Position numbers and translations under genes: made by a program
From: a virus
Reading direction: 5' to 3' (one strand)
IMG/VR virus record: IMGVR_UViG_3300020438_000012
Span: 1 to 64,000 of that record
DNA: 64,000 nt
Shown: piece after piece, positions 9,531 to 19,650 of the stretch
Numbering within the stretch: position 1 is the first letter of the stretch
How the letters are laid out: every line of letters begins with the position of its first letter
Notes under the pieces: generated by a model
What the model was told of the DNA's origin: nothing
The model's database searches: none
What the model saw: only the letters and a program-made list of their open reading frames with translations

Positions 9531-11793
9531 AGTCAAAAGAAAATCGTCAAAAATTCTAAAATTCAGCTCAAGACAGCCGGTCGTTGTTGCCCCTAGTGAC
9601 ACTGGCCTTACCGGTATTACTGTAAATTTTGTTATTGATCCTATTGCTGCCTTAAAGTCAGGGGCAGAAAACGTAAGCCTTTCGATTGTACGAAAGAAAT
9701 TCCTAAGACCTACCGTTATTGATGATTATCAAAAAAATGGTGACATTGCTAGCAAAATTCGTAACTTTTCACAAACAAATGAAAAGGCAAACCAAGAATA
9801 TAACCAATCAACAGTATTGCAGTCTTCGTTCTCAGTTCAAGAAATAATTCAAAACAACGCACCTCAGCTGCTAGATGTTGACTTAGATGACACGAGAGCA
9901 CTTAATCGCTCTTTCTCAAAAACAGAAATTTTAGTCACAGAAAAAACACTTGCTGCTCGTGATAAAAAATCCGCCATTACTATCCCGGCTTCTGCAGACT
10001 TTGTGTTCTCTGGTCAAGAACAGTTGTTTAACCCAAATAATTCTAAGTCATCATTACGTCCGTCCTCCTCTAAGCTTTCTTCAATCTCACAGAATATCGA
10101 TTCTTTAGCAGCAGGGGTGTTTATAGCAAACTGCGCTAGATTCCCATTCCCGCTTCAACAAACCCAGAGAATACACCGTGATCTAAAGGTTTCCCAATAC
10201 GGAGAACTGATTATAGAGCAGGATTTGGCTTTTCTCGATTCATTAAACGAACAAGTAGTCAATGAAACCGTTGTACTGAATGCAGATCAAGCAAAAACGC
10301 GCGCGCCAGTTCAGACAATTAACGTTAATAGCTACCCGCCAAATTCAAACACCGAAGTTTATAATGAATTTTCTGGAATTACTTCTAGTTCAGAAAAGCT
10401 GTTTCTCATTGCTAAGCGACTAAGAAAATTTGAGTTTGGTGTAACCGCAGGTTACGTTGACCCTGCAGGTATAAATAATTTTATAGTCATAGCAACGGTA
10501 CGCAATTCAAACGGTGTTGCACTTCAGAAAATTGAAAAAGAGATTGATGCAACGAAGGTGATCAACTCAGTTTCTAATCCGCTTTCTAAGCCAGGTCTTT
10601 TGGCTACTAGCGGAAACACCGATTCGGATGGAAACTTTAGCATAAGCTGTATCGTAAGTAGGCGTGATTTTTTTAACAGCGGCATTATTATTCTTGCAAA
10701 AGAGCCTGGTGGCAGATTTGAAAAAATCTCTAGCCTAAATCTAAACTTAGACGAACCTTTAGAATTTAGCATAATACCTGAGGCTGAAAAAGGCTTCCTT
10801 AGAATTAGAGCAATTACGGTTTCCGGAAATGAAAGCACATCACAACAGTTTTCTGAAATTGCTGTAAACATTGGCGAAGCATTTGAAATCTTTGAACAGC
10901 CAGTTGGTTCTCAACAAGCTTCAGGGAAGTCTGGATCAATCGATGTCAGAAGCTTGGTTCGGAGTTTAGAAGACGGGTTGTATGAAGTTACGTTAAGTAC
11001 ACTACTACGCACCGCCATCGGCGGTAGAACTTTACCACCTCTGTTTGATCAATTAACAATGAGAAGAGTGAATTTAGCTAATGGTGAACGTCCTGAAGAT
11101 CCGACTTCGGGCATTACGGTATTTGAAACCGGTACAACATTTACCGGTCAATTTGGTGGATCTGTTCGTAATAATGATTTTATAGATCGGGTTGAGGCTG
11201 GATCTTATGTCTATGTTTTTGATGGAACAAACTCAGAGAGCGGCTTTGAAGAACATGCCGTAACATCAATTCCTGTCACTATCCCTGAGGGATTTGTTAG
11301 TGAACCTCGCGGAAAAAAGACTGGATCCGATGGAACGTTGATCCGCTCAGCAGCTTCTGCATCACTAAATTCAGAAAGGTTAGTCGGCAATATTACAATA
11401 AACACTGAAACTGAAGACATAGTGGTTTTGCAAAGCGGAATAGGTCTTGTGTTAGAAGGGTCGAACGATTTTTCAAAGCAAGCTGAAATAAAAATTGAAC
11501 CCTATATAACTGGGATTGAAGAAAAAGAAGACGGAACATTGGAGATTGCTTTTAGCATTCCTGAGGATGATATTCCCGAGGATGTAAAGGATGAAGGCGG
11601 TCGGCTAGTTTCATCTACTTCTTCGGCATCTTTTCAATACGAAAATCGATCACGCGCCCGTCGCCGCCGGCGGCTCATCGAAAGGCAGCGCCGTAGAAGA
11701 GCTAGGGCAGACGGATCTAAGGAAAACATTTCGGAAACAACCGAAGGTATTTCGACGGCAAAAATTGTTAGTAGCTTTGAGGAAGAAAAATGA
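9523..11793 (+). CDS. hypothetical protein (probably virion) with an Arg-rich C-terminal segment
   Basis: Likely start is ATG 9523 (MIRVKRKSSK), overlapping the upstream stop, rather than 9379; RSRARRRRRLIERQRRRRAR near the C-terminus. Confidence 0.55.
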   Translation: MIRVKRKSSKILKFSSRQPVVVAPSDTGLTGITVNFVIDPIAALKSGAENVSLSIVRKKFLRPTVIDDYQKNGDIASKIRNFSQTNEKANQEYNQSTVLQSSFSVQEIIQNNAPQLLDVDLDDTRALNRSFSKTEILVTEKTLAARDKKSAITIPASADFVFSGQEQLFNPNNSKSSLRPSSSKLSSISQNIDSLAAGVFIANCARFPFPLQQTQRIHRDLKVSQYGELIIEQDLAFLDSLNEQVVNETVVLNADQAKTRAPVQTINVNSYPPNSNTEVYNEFSGITSSSEKLFLIAKRLRKFEFGVTAGYVDPAGINNFIVIATVRNSNGVALQKIEKEIDATKVINSVSNPLSKPGLLATSGNTDSDGNFSISCIVSRRDFFNSGIIILAKEPGGRFEKISSLNLNLDEPLEFSIIPEAEKGFLRIRAITVSGNESTSQQFSEIAVNIGEAFEIFEQPVGSQQASGKSGSIDVRSLVRSLEDGLYEVTLSTLLRTAIGGRTLPPLFDQLTMRRVNLANGERPEDPTSGITVFETGTTFTGQFGGSVRNNDFIDRVEAGSYVYVFDGTNSESGFEEHAVTSIPVTIPEGFVSEPRGKKTGSDGTLIRSAASASLNSERLVGNITINTETEDIVVLQSGIGLVLEGSNDFSKQAEIKIEPYITGIEEKEDGTLEIAFSIPEDDIPEDVKDEGGRLVSSTSSASFQYENRSRARRRRRLIERQRRRRARADGSKENISETTEGISTAKIVSSFEEEK

Positions 11794-12215
11794 GCGAGTT
11801 TGAAAGTGATAGGTCAACTGTAACCGAAACACTCGGAGATGGACGAGAAGTACCCGTTGTTGCTTCGTCAATAAATCCCCTAGGGTCATCATCAAATATT
11901 TCAATTCGCAATGCCAGAACATCAATAAACCCTCTTGGTGAAATTGTTTTGCGCTGGTCCGTATCTAGTTCTGATTTAGCTCCTGAAACTTTTATTATTT
12001 GCTGCAGCTTCGGAAGCTATTTTGCACCAGTAGGGGCAGTTCCAGCAGTTTTAGGGGTTAGAAAATATCGTTTTGTAGATCATGTTTTAAATGCTTACGT
12101 AGGCAAAAAAACTTATTCTATCGTTGTTGTTTTTGCTAATGGAGCTGTGAAAACATTTGAGTCTGTTGCGTCGGCAATAAAGAATTCAAGCGTTCCAAGA
12201 GAGTTGTATCAATGA
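11790..12215 (+). CDS. hypothetical protein, possible FN3/Ig-like beta-sandwich
   Basis: IVLRWSV...YRFVD...YSIVVV pattern; ATGA overlaps. Confidence 0.45.
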   Translation: MSEFESDRSTVTETLGDGREVPVVASSINPLGSSSNISIRNARTSINPLGEIVLRWSVSSSDLAPETFIICCSFGSYFAPVGAVPAVLGVRKYRFVDHVLNAYVGKKTYSIVVVFANGAVKTFESVASAIKNSSVPRELYQ

Positions 12216-12631
12216 GCATTAACTCAAAATCTTTTAGTTTGGCTCGAACTCAGCAGCCAAGATCAAGAATTAGAAAAAACATTCCGATTGAATCAAAGAG
12301 CAGTTCGAGAAGCCCTACTAGTACTAATGGTAGAACAGTTGCTCGTAGAAACCCACAAGCAAAAACCTTACCAGAACAACCTGCCCAAAGAAGCTCGGTC
12401 TCTCAGGGTAATTCTAGGTCCGATGACAATCAATCTACGCAAAGAAAATCAGCAAAAAAACAGCGCCCAAAAGACTTACGGCGCGTAAGAGCATTTCAGG
12501 CCGGTGCTTCAAGGCCTAAATTTCAAAAGTCAAGAATTAATGTTGCAAATCCTAGCCAGCAAATTACGAAAAAAAGAAGAAAAGCAAAAACTTCTGTAAT
12601 CAAACCAGGGTTCAAGAAGGTTAAAATATGA
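12212..12631 (+). CDS. highly basic low-complexity protein
   Basis: 139 aa rich in R/K/S/Q with very few acidic residues; ATGA-coupled to both neighbours. Confidence 0.5.
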   Translation: MSINSKSFSLARTQQPRSRIRKNIPIESKSSSRSPTSTNGRTVARRNPQAKTLPEQPAQRSSVSQGNSRSDDNQSTQRKSAKKQRPKDLRRVRAFQAGASRPKFQKSRINVANPSQQITKKRRKAKTSVIKPGFKKVKI

Positions 12632-14415
12632 GCGAAAAATTCTTTATCCAAGATCGAGCACAACTGTTGGCAGTTTGCGACTTTAAGCCGTTCGGAAATA
12701 AGATTGATGATACGCCTTCTGATTCTGAAACTATCTTAAAGCTTCGTGCAACGCTTCGGCAGCTTTCGGAAATTTCTGTTTCTGAAAACTTGGAATCATA
12801 CAGAAGTCAGGGGTCTGCTCTTTCAGCAGATTTTAATGGAGTTCAGCCATACGTTGTTATAAAAGAAGCTGCTGAGTCAGTGTTCGGACCTTCTTTAGAC
12901 GGTAACAGTGGAAAAATTAGACAAGATATTGACGACCTTAACGAGTTAAATCAGACTATTGAAAAAGCAATTCTTTCAATGGATTTTAACAAGTCGTCTG
13001 GTTTTAACGGTGATCTTAAAAACAACGTCTTGGTGCGTGTCGATGATCTCGTTCAAGAAAACCCGCAGCCATATTTTAATGATATCAAGTTCAGTGTCTC
13101 CGACTACCTGACAAATCTTCGCAACCAAGTTCTAGAAGATGCAGGGTTTACCGATGGGGAAAAATCGCAATTTTCATCAACGAAAGTTTTTCACCATTTA
13201 ATAGATTTAGCAGCTCAGTTAATGAATTCACCTAGGCCCAAAGTACTCGAAGGCTCGGTTCCCGGAGTAGGGGTCAGAAGAGCAGATTCAGATGCATTCA
13301 CTTTCAGGCCGACAATTGATTACGATTTAATAAATCCATTGTTGGCAGAAAAACCTCCATTTGCTGTAAGAAATGTAGCAACAAGTCTTTGGAATGATAT
13401 TAAATCTAGCGAGTCCGGAAAATTAGGCAGTGGCTCTAGTGCACTTACGGGCGAGCAAGCTTTTGATGACGAGTATACTATGTCTCAGCACTTTGTTGCC
13501 ATGGCAAGAGAGTTATCAACTTCGGTCGTCGCCGGAAAGTATGAAACTGAACTAAATGATCAAAGCTCTGCTTCATCTGTTGCTTTAAGGGCTCGGTTTT
13601 CTAATCTTTTAGATCCAGCAGGGGCAACACTAAGTTTAAATCGCCAAGTCACAAATCCAAAAACGCTAAATGCAGATGCAACATTCCCAGTTTTGCCGAT
13701 GATTGTCGTAGGATCTTCTGGTCCAATCAAATCTGATCCGGGGCCAAGAGTGGTTTCTCCAGTTCCAGGTTCCGATCTTTTCTTTCCAGACAGATTTCTT
13801 TCCGTTAGAATCATAGATGGTGAATTTCCAGAGCACGAGACTCGCCCCGAATCAGTTGTTGCAGATCAAGCTCAAGCCAGTATTTTTGAGCAACTTGATG
13901 TCAATGGTCCAGCACCAATCGGCAACGTTGAAGGAACAAGGAATTACTTGATCCAAGCGCTTGTTCAATCTGAAGCTCCATCTATTAGATCGGAATCATC
14001 TGGCAACTTGTCAAACAGGGCAAACAGGCTTACTTCGGTTGAAGATGCATTCCAATCTGCGGTAGAAGACTACATTACATATATTTCTCAGTGCGCCAGT
14101 ATAGCCGGCCTAGGTTCAGAAAACAACTTGGACCCGGTTAGAGTTTCAAAAATGCTTTTCTGTCAACCTAAGTTAAGGGAACTGTTGCTCACAATGGGGG
14201 GTCTTGCTATTACTACTGGCTTTGATACTGGCAATACCGATGACGACAATACCGGTGGCGGTGCGAATGATGAAACTCCGTCTCTCGAAATACCAAGTGG
14301 AGACCCCTTTAATCCAGACGGAGACTCCGAGATCGCTACCACTACTACCGGTAATGCTAGTACATTACTTTCAAGCAATACGACACTTCTTACCAGTTTT
14401 ATCCCAGAGCTTTAA
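12628..14415 (+). CDS. hypothetical protein
   Basis: 595 aa ORF in the operon; no recognised motif. Confidence 0.55.
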   Translation: MSEKFFIQDRAQLLAVCDFKPFGNKIDDTPSDSETILKLRATLRQLSEISVSENLESYRSQGSALSADFNGVQPYVVIKEAAESVFGPSLDGNSGKIRQDIDDLNELNQTIEKAILSMDFNKSSGFNGDLKNNVLVRVDDLVQENPQPYFNDIKFSVSDYLTNLRNQVLEDAGFTDGEKSQFSSTKVFHHLIDLAAQLMNSPRPKVLEGSVPGVGVRRADSDAFTFRPTIDYDLINPLLAEKPPFAVRNVATSLWNDIKSSESGKLGSGSSALTGEQAFDDEYTMSQHFVAMARELSTSVVAGKYETELNDQSSASSVALRARFSNLLDPAGATLSLNRQVTNPKTLNADATFPVLPMIVVGSSGPIKSDPGPRVVSPVPGSDLFFPDRFLSVRIIDGEFPEHETRPESVVADQAQASIFEQLDVNGPAPIGNVEGTRNYLIQALVQSEAPSIRSESSGNLSNRANRLTSVEDAFQSAVEDYITYISQCASIAGLGSENNLDPVRVSKMLFCQPKLRELLLTMGGLAITTGFDTGNTDDDNTGGGANDETPSLEIPSGDPFNPDGDSEIATTTTGNASTLLSSNTTLLTSFIPEL

Positions 14416-14426
14416 GGAATTAAATC

Positions 14427-17057
14427 ATGGCAGCAGTAACCCCAAGTTCAACCACTCCGCCACCCACTACCACAACGACGCAAGATACAAACACTGCCGA
14501 AGCTTTCTTCGCGGATGATCAAATATTTTTTGCTGAAGAGTTTGACAACGCGTCGAGTGATTTAACGAAAATTGTTCACGCTTGCCTTTTTTCTGTTGAC
14601 AATCCCAGGTTTTTGATAGCGCTAGAAAGATATTCGTGGATGTATTTTTTAGCGTCTAGACTCTCTTCCGAAGGAACACGCATTGGTGCTCCTTGGTCAG
14701 ATTTTGTTCTTTCGGCAGGAACAGGAATAACAACAAACTTAGACACAGACGAAGTAAAAAATTCGCTGATTACGGACGCTGTCACTGGCGACGGGTGGAC
14801 TGGAGCGGACAACGGGAAAATACCTGCTGTTATTGCTTCAACCTTGGCTACGTACGCCGAACTTGGCGGCACAACGTCGGATGTCGGTTACGTAAAGGTT
14901 GCATTTACCGCTGCACAGCTATGCGATAGTCTTTCGTATGAAGGGTCTCATGCCGAAAACTTTGTTCATTCGGAAAGTCCGTTTGAAATGCTAGCTCAGT
15001 TTTTTGAGGATGTACTAGATGCAACACATGATAAGAGCGTTGCGCTCGACGCAGTTGGCCGATGGAATAAAAGAGGCAATGTAAGTCCCTCCGATCCTCA
15101 GAATATTCAAAGAAGACGTACTTCGTCAAGGGGCTTGTCAGCAGCTAGTTTGTTTGTGGTTTGTTTTAACACGTTTAGAAAATTGTTTTCTGCCGCGCAA
15201 GGTTACGCCGACGCTCCTGTACTTTCAAGAATTCCCACAAAACAGAGGTCAGATTTTGGCCTTAATAATGTTGGGGATTTGACTAAATTCTTGATACCAG
15301 TGAGTGAAACACATACAGGGGGACTCGCCTCCGCTGAAGATCCCGACACCGTCGGTTTGAAACGCGGAACAACATTTCAATTTTCAATCTCTAATGATTT
15401 TAGAAACCGAGGCACAAATGCTGGCAATGCTTGCGGCGCAAATGAGCCTACCGTAAGTTTCACATTGTTCACTGACATAACAAAATCACTCGAACAAGAA
15501 AACAAGTCCGTAGTTAGAACACTTGCGCATATCGGTGCAATAGCCGACACTATACAGGAAAAACGGATTGCAATTGGCAAGAAGACCGTCGGTCTTCAGG
15601 CGCCTGAAATAATTCAGGAACTCTTTCCACGCGGAAGTACGCCGCCTAAGATTGCTGAAGAAATATTTTCAAGAACTGGATCACCACATGTCGCTGGTGT
15701 TTTTAAGACGCTAGAAAGAAGGCTTCCATTTCCAGAAGTGTCTTCTGGAATTCCAAATTCAACTGCATTCTTGCCGTTATCTAAAACTACATCCGGATCT
15801 CCAGCTGGAGCCACAAAGGGAAGGCTGGCTGCTCTAAAATTGCTGCTAAATTCAGAATACCTTAGCGTGTCTGAGGACAATAAATTTGACCCCACTAACG
15901 CCCGTGTATTCTGCGTTGGAATTCCACTTTCAGCTTATTTATCTCTTGCAAATCAGAGGTCTGCAGACTTAGCAACTTCATCGGAGACAGGAGGTTCTGA
16001 CGGTACAGCTACCTCCGAAAATGAGTTAGTTCAAGACCAAACACTAGTCAAAATTATCTTTTCAAAAAAAGATAACATGCTTCCAACGGTAACATTTTCA
16101 GATATATCATATTACTACGACCCCAATCTTTTTGTTGCAGCAAACGGATTCTTTAATATTGATGAAGGCTCAGAAAGCATTGAAGATGTTTTAGGCCTTG
16201 TGGAATTTAAAAGAGCGGTCGTAGCTGAAGATGCTACAGTTTCTATAGAAAACGTTAGATTAGGTGACGATGGAAAGTTTGAGGGTGGTGGATACCTTCC
16301 ATCGTTAAGTCCAGCGGTGTCCAGGCAGCTCGCATATATTACTGTGGTGTCAGATCTTTTGTCTTATTACAATTCGATTGTAGCGGGTTTAGATGTTAAT
16401 GAAGATGCATTTTCTACCGATCCACTATTACTAAACCAACTTGTAGATTCGTCCATTGGCCTAACGGCTCCTATCCCTATCGAACAATTGCTAGGCAGTA
16501 TTGCTGCTTCGACCAATGTTCCCGTTGCACAAAGTGTTGCGGAATCAATGGCATCTGAAGAAGAAATTTTAGAATCTTCTAAAAAGATAAAGTCCTTGCA
16601 GGAAGCGTTCGATGAAGGTTTGCTAGAAGATTCTGATCAGCCTGGAAATTACGTTCAGGCTCAAAAAACAATTTCATCGCTTCTATTTAAACCTGCTTCC
16701 GAAAGATTATTTTCCCTTGTTCCAAAAAGACTTGCAGGAGTTGCCTTCTTACCAGTCGACCCAGATGCATTTAAGGTGGAAGATCCAGGAAACGATGGGT
16801 TTGGAAATGCTTCTGTAGTAGGTGAAGATCCTAGCGTTATTCGTGGTCAAATACAGCAAGCTGGTTTAGAAGTAGAAATTGGCGACAACGTTTTCATAGT
16901 TAAGTCTGGAAACTCAGAGGACTCTACATCTTTAAGCGAAATACTAGTAACAGCAGAATTTGTTTCTTTAGATCTGGGAGGGGTAGAGACAGCAATTGCA
17001 ATTGAAAATGGACTTCCAGATAATCCATTCGATGCTCTCGGCGAGGTTGACCAATAA
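14427..17057 (+). CDS. hypothetical protein
   Basis: 876 aa, AAGGA SD upstream, Pro/Thr-rich N-terminus. Confidence 0.55.
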   Translation: MAAVTPSSTTPPPTTTTTQDTNTAEAFFADDQIFFAEEFDNASSDLTKIVHACLFSVDNPRFLIALERYSWMYFLASRLSSEGTRIGAPWSDFVLSAGTGITTNLDTDEVKNSLITDAVTGDGWTGADNGKIPAVIASTLATYAELGGTTSDVGYVKVAFTAAQLCDSLSYEGSHAENFVHSESPFEMLAQFFEDVLDATHDKSVALDAVGRWNKRGNVSPSDPQNIQRRRTSSRGLSAASLFVVCFNTFRKLFSAAQGYADAPVLSRIPTKQRSDFGLNNVGDLTKFLIPVSETHTGGLASAEDPDTVGLKRGTTFQFSISNDFRNRGTNAGNACGANEPTVSFTLFTDITKSLEQENKSVVRTLAHIGAIADTIQEKRIAIGKKTVGLQAPEIIQELFPRGSTPPKIAEEIFSRTGSPHVAGVFKTLERRLPFPEVSSGIPNSTAFLPLSKTTSGSPAGATKGRLAALKLLLNSEYLSVSEDNKFDPTNARVFCVGIPLSAYLSLANQRSADLATSSETGGSDGTATSENELVQDQTLVKIIFSKKDNMLPTVTFSDISYYYDPNLFVAANGFFNIDEGSESIEDVLGLVEFKRAVVAEDATVSIENVRLGDDGKFEGGGYLPSLSPAVSRQLAYITVVSDLLSYYNSIVAGLDVNEDAFSTDPLLLNQLVDSSIGLTAPIPIEQLLGSIAASTNVPVAQSVAESMASEEEILESSKKIKSLQEAFDEGLLEDSDQPGNYVQAQKTISSLLFKPASERLFSLVPKRLAGVAFLPVDPDAFKVEDPGNDGFGNASVVGEDPSVIRGQIQQAGLEVEIGDNVFIVKSGNSEDSTSLSEILVTAEFVSLDLGGVETAIAIENGLPDNPFDALGEVDQ

Positions 17058-18886
17058 TGCCAAAAGAACTTAAGACATCAAAATCATACATGGCCCCAGA
17101 CGTTCCGGAAGTTTCCGGGTTCGTAGCATCATTTGAATACTTCGGCTATGAAATTAATGAATCGGTTTCTCCAACAAGTGCCGGTACTCGAGTTGTTAGA
17201 GTTGGTTTTAACACGGTTGAAGACACTTCTGATTTTTCAGAAACCCTTGCATCCGGAGCTCAAAACCTTGCAGCTAACATTGACATATCAGAAGTTTTTG
17301 ATGCGCTGAGTTCTGAGGGGGATTTTCTTGATGAATCTTCTGGCGGTTCGGCCGGAGTTGGGGATTCACATAATTTTTCTTCCCTACTAATTCAAGATGT
17401 TTACTCACCTGAAAAATCAATTCAAGAATTAGATGCGGCACTCGCAGGGTTTAATACAGAAATTGATATATTGTCCCCTTCCGAAGGTTCTTCAGCAATA
17501 GCTTCGGAGGTTGCCGGTTCGTATCCGGATGCTGGATCTTCGGTGTTTGAGGAAATTGTTTCTGCAATTATCGGCCAACGCGTAATTGAAGAGTCTGAAC
17601 CAGAAGGTGCAGCAACACCTGGGTCTTCTGTGCTGTCAATTGCATCCGGCGTCCAGTATCTTCATAGTATTGATGCAAGAGTTGCAGCGGACGTTGTGAG
17701 GTTTTCTTCTTCTGATCCCATGAATTCATTTTCATCAAATTTATCTTATGCCGCCGGCCAGTACGACGCATCTCAATCAGACTCTAGGACGCTGTTTGAT
17801 CCAACCTCCTTGTCAGAAGAGGACTATTCGTTTAGCGCTGCGCCGATTGCAGAGTTTAACTACATTACTTCGACTCCGACAAAGATAGGAGATGCACAAG
17901 TTTTCGGTTATTTACTTGAAAAATCAGTAATTGGTAATAACGGAGCTTTGACCAATCTGCCAAGCGTGCTGTTAACTCAACCCCCCGGTGCTTCTGGTGA
18001 GCAGTTTATTTATGATGATTCTGACATCACTCTAGGGGAATCTTATGTCTATGGAATTAGTACAATTGCCCTTGCTAACGTTCCTGATATTCAACTAGAG
18101 GACGGAACGGGATCAGCACTGTTTGTAGTTAAGTCCAGAGTTCAGACTACGACCATTACAGCAGGAACACCCTTCCCAAGTCCACCAGTAGACATAGAAT
18201 TCTTTTACGACGTAGATTCTGGAAATCTTGCTATATCGTGGAACGATAGTCCCGAAACTAAGAACACAACAAAATTTCAAATCCTTCGACGAGACAACAT
18301 ACAGTCGCCGTTTTCTCTACTAAGGCAATACGATTTTGATAATTCGATTGTCAACTTTGAGTCAATAGAGGAAGTAAACTATGGACTTAATGTAAAAATG
18401 GAAAGTCCACTAACGTTCTATATTGATGAAAAATTTGATTCACTTAAACAGTACATATATGCGCTAAGCTCTGTTGATAGTATGGGAACTATTTCACCCT
18501 ACAGTGCTCAGTTTCTTATTAGCATAGATTCTTCGATCGGTGATGTTCGTGTCATTCAGGTTTCACCTAGCGGTGCACCAAGACCTTACCCTAATTTCTT
18601 CATTGACAATCAGTTAACTTCTGAGTCAGCATCTTTGACCGGTGCTTCTAATGTCGAGATTTACTTTACGCCAGAAGTTTACAATGTAACGAAAAATGAG
18701 TTCAATGTATCAACTGGGGTAGTTGAATCAGAAGAGTCATTTAACGTATTCAGAATAGATGGATCGCCTGCTAACTCTGGTGACTATTTATTTGAGATGG
18801 TTGAGTTATCAACAATCGAAAAGCAAACACGGACGATCAAGATTACGAACTCTGAAAGCAGTTCAACCTTATTTGTTGAGACTTGA
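17057..18886 (+). CDS. acidic virion protein with FN3-like domain(s)
   Basis: PSPPVDIEF...LAISWNDS...FQILRR...FYID...YIYALSSVD is an FN3-like pattern. Confidence 0.55.
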   Translation: MPKELKTSKSYMAPDVPEVSGFVASFEYFGYEINESVSPTSAGTRVVRVGFNTVEDTSDFSETLASGAQNLAANIDISEVFDALSSEGDFLDESSGGSAGVGDSHNFSSLLIQDVYSPEKSIQELDAALAGFNTEIDILSPSEGSSAIASEVAGSYPDAGSSVFEEIVSAIIGQRVIEESEPEGAATPGSSVLSIASGVQYLHSIDARVAADVVRFSSSDPMNSFSSNLSYAAGQYDASQSDSRTLFDPTSLSEEDYSFSAAPIAEFNYITSTPTKIGDAQVFGYLLEKSVIGNNGALTNLPSVLLTQPPGASGEQFIYDDSDITLGESYVYGISTIALANVPDIQLEDGTGSALFVVKSRVQTTTITAGTPFPSPPVDIEFFYDVDSGNLAISWNDSPETKNTTKFQILRRDNIQSPFSLLRQYDFDNSIVNFESIEEVNYGLNVKMESPLTFYIDEKFDSLKQYIYALSSVDSMGTISPYSAQFLISIDSSIGDVRVIQVSPSGAPRPYPNFFIDNQLTSESASLTGASNVEIYFTPEVYNVTKNEFNVSTGVVESEESFNVFRIDGSPANSGDYLFEMVELSTIEKQTRTIKITNSESSSTLFVET

Positions 18887-18895
18887 TCTAGCGAA

Positions 18896-18902
18896 ATACT
18901 TA
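18896..18902 (+). promoter_or_regulatory. ATACTTA candidate late promoter
   Basis: Intergenic, followed by GAGG SD and ATG 18920. Confidence 0.6.
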
Positions 18903-18919
18903 TGTCTTGAGGAAAAGTA

Positions 18920-19639
18920 ATGGGATTTCTTGACGGTAGTACAAATAATATTATAATCGACGCAGTCTTAACAGACTTAGGGCGAGCAACACTTTCTAGA
19001 AACGATGGAACGTTTTCGATTGCTAGATACTCTTTCGGTGACGATGAGGTCGATTACGGCATCATCAAGAAGTTCGGAAGAACGGTCGGAAAGGAGAAGA
19101 TTATCAAGAACACTCCAGTCCTTGATGCTAATACAAACTCTGCAGTTGCACTAAACAACAAGTTAATCACTCAGGGAGACCAGGGACTTTCAAGGCTTCC
19201 GATTATTGAGTTGACAGCTGCGCAAGGTGTTCTTAACACATCCGGAAATATTCCTGTCCTATCCGTTTCTAAGAACAAGAATGCACGTTTTACATTGCAG
19301 CAATCAATCATTAACGAAGACAGAATTCCAACTGGCTTGGTTGACACTGCTTTCGTAGTACAGGCAGACAATCGTTTCATTGCAGTTAACAATCGATCAC
19401 CAAACTTTGTCAACGCAAATAACACGGCAGTGTACCGAATTGTTAGAGGCAATACCGGTGTTTCTGCTCAGGGCGGCGCACTTGTCACCTTCGATGTAAG
19501 AGCAAAGGCAATTACAGATTCACAATTTACGACTTTCGGAAACGTGTCTGATAAAACTGTCATTACGACATTTTTAAAGATTCAAGGCATTCAGTCTGGG
19601 GCCACGCAGACCGTCGAAGTTCAGATTTCAAAGACTTGA
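18920..19639 (+). CDS. baseplate/tail-collar-type structural protein
   Basis: MGFLD...IIIDAVLTDLGR...YSFGDDEVDY N-terminus, a pattern I recognise from large-phage baseplate regions. Confidence 0.6.
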   Translation: MGFLDGSTNNIIIDAVLTDLGRATLSRNDGTFSIARYSFGDDEVDYGIIKKFGRTVGKEKIIKNTPVLDANTNSAVALNNKLITQGDQGLSRLPIIELTAAQGVLNTSGNIPVLSVSKNKNARFTLQQSIINEDRIPTGLVDTAFVVQADNRFIAVNNRSPNFVNANNTAVYRIVRGNTGVSAQGGALVTFDVRAKAITDSQFTTFGNVSDKTVITTFLKIQGIQSGATQTVEVQISKT

Positions 19640-19650
19640 GGAATTCATAA

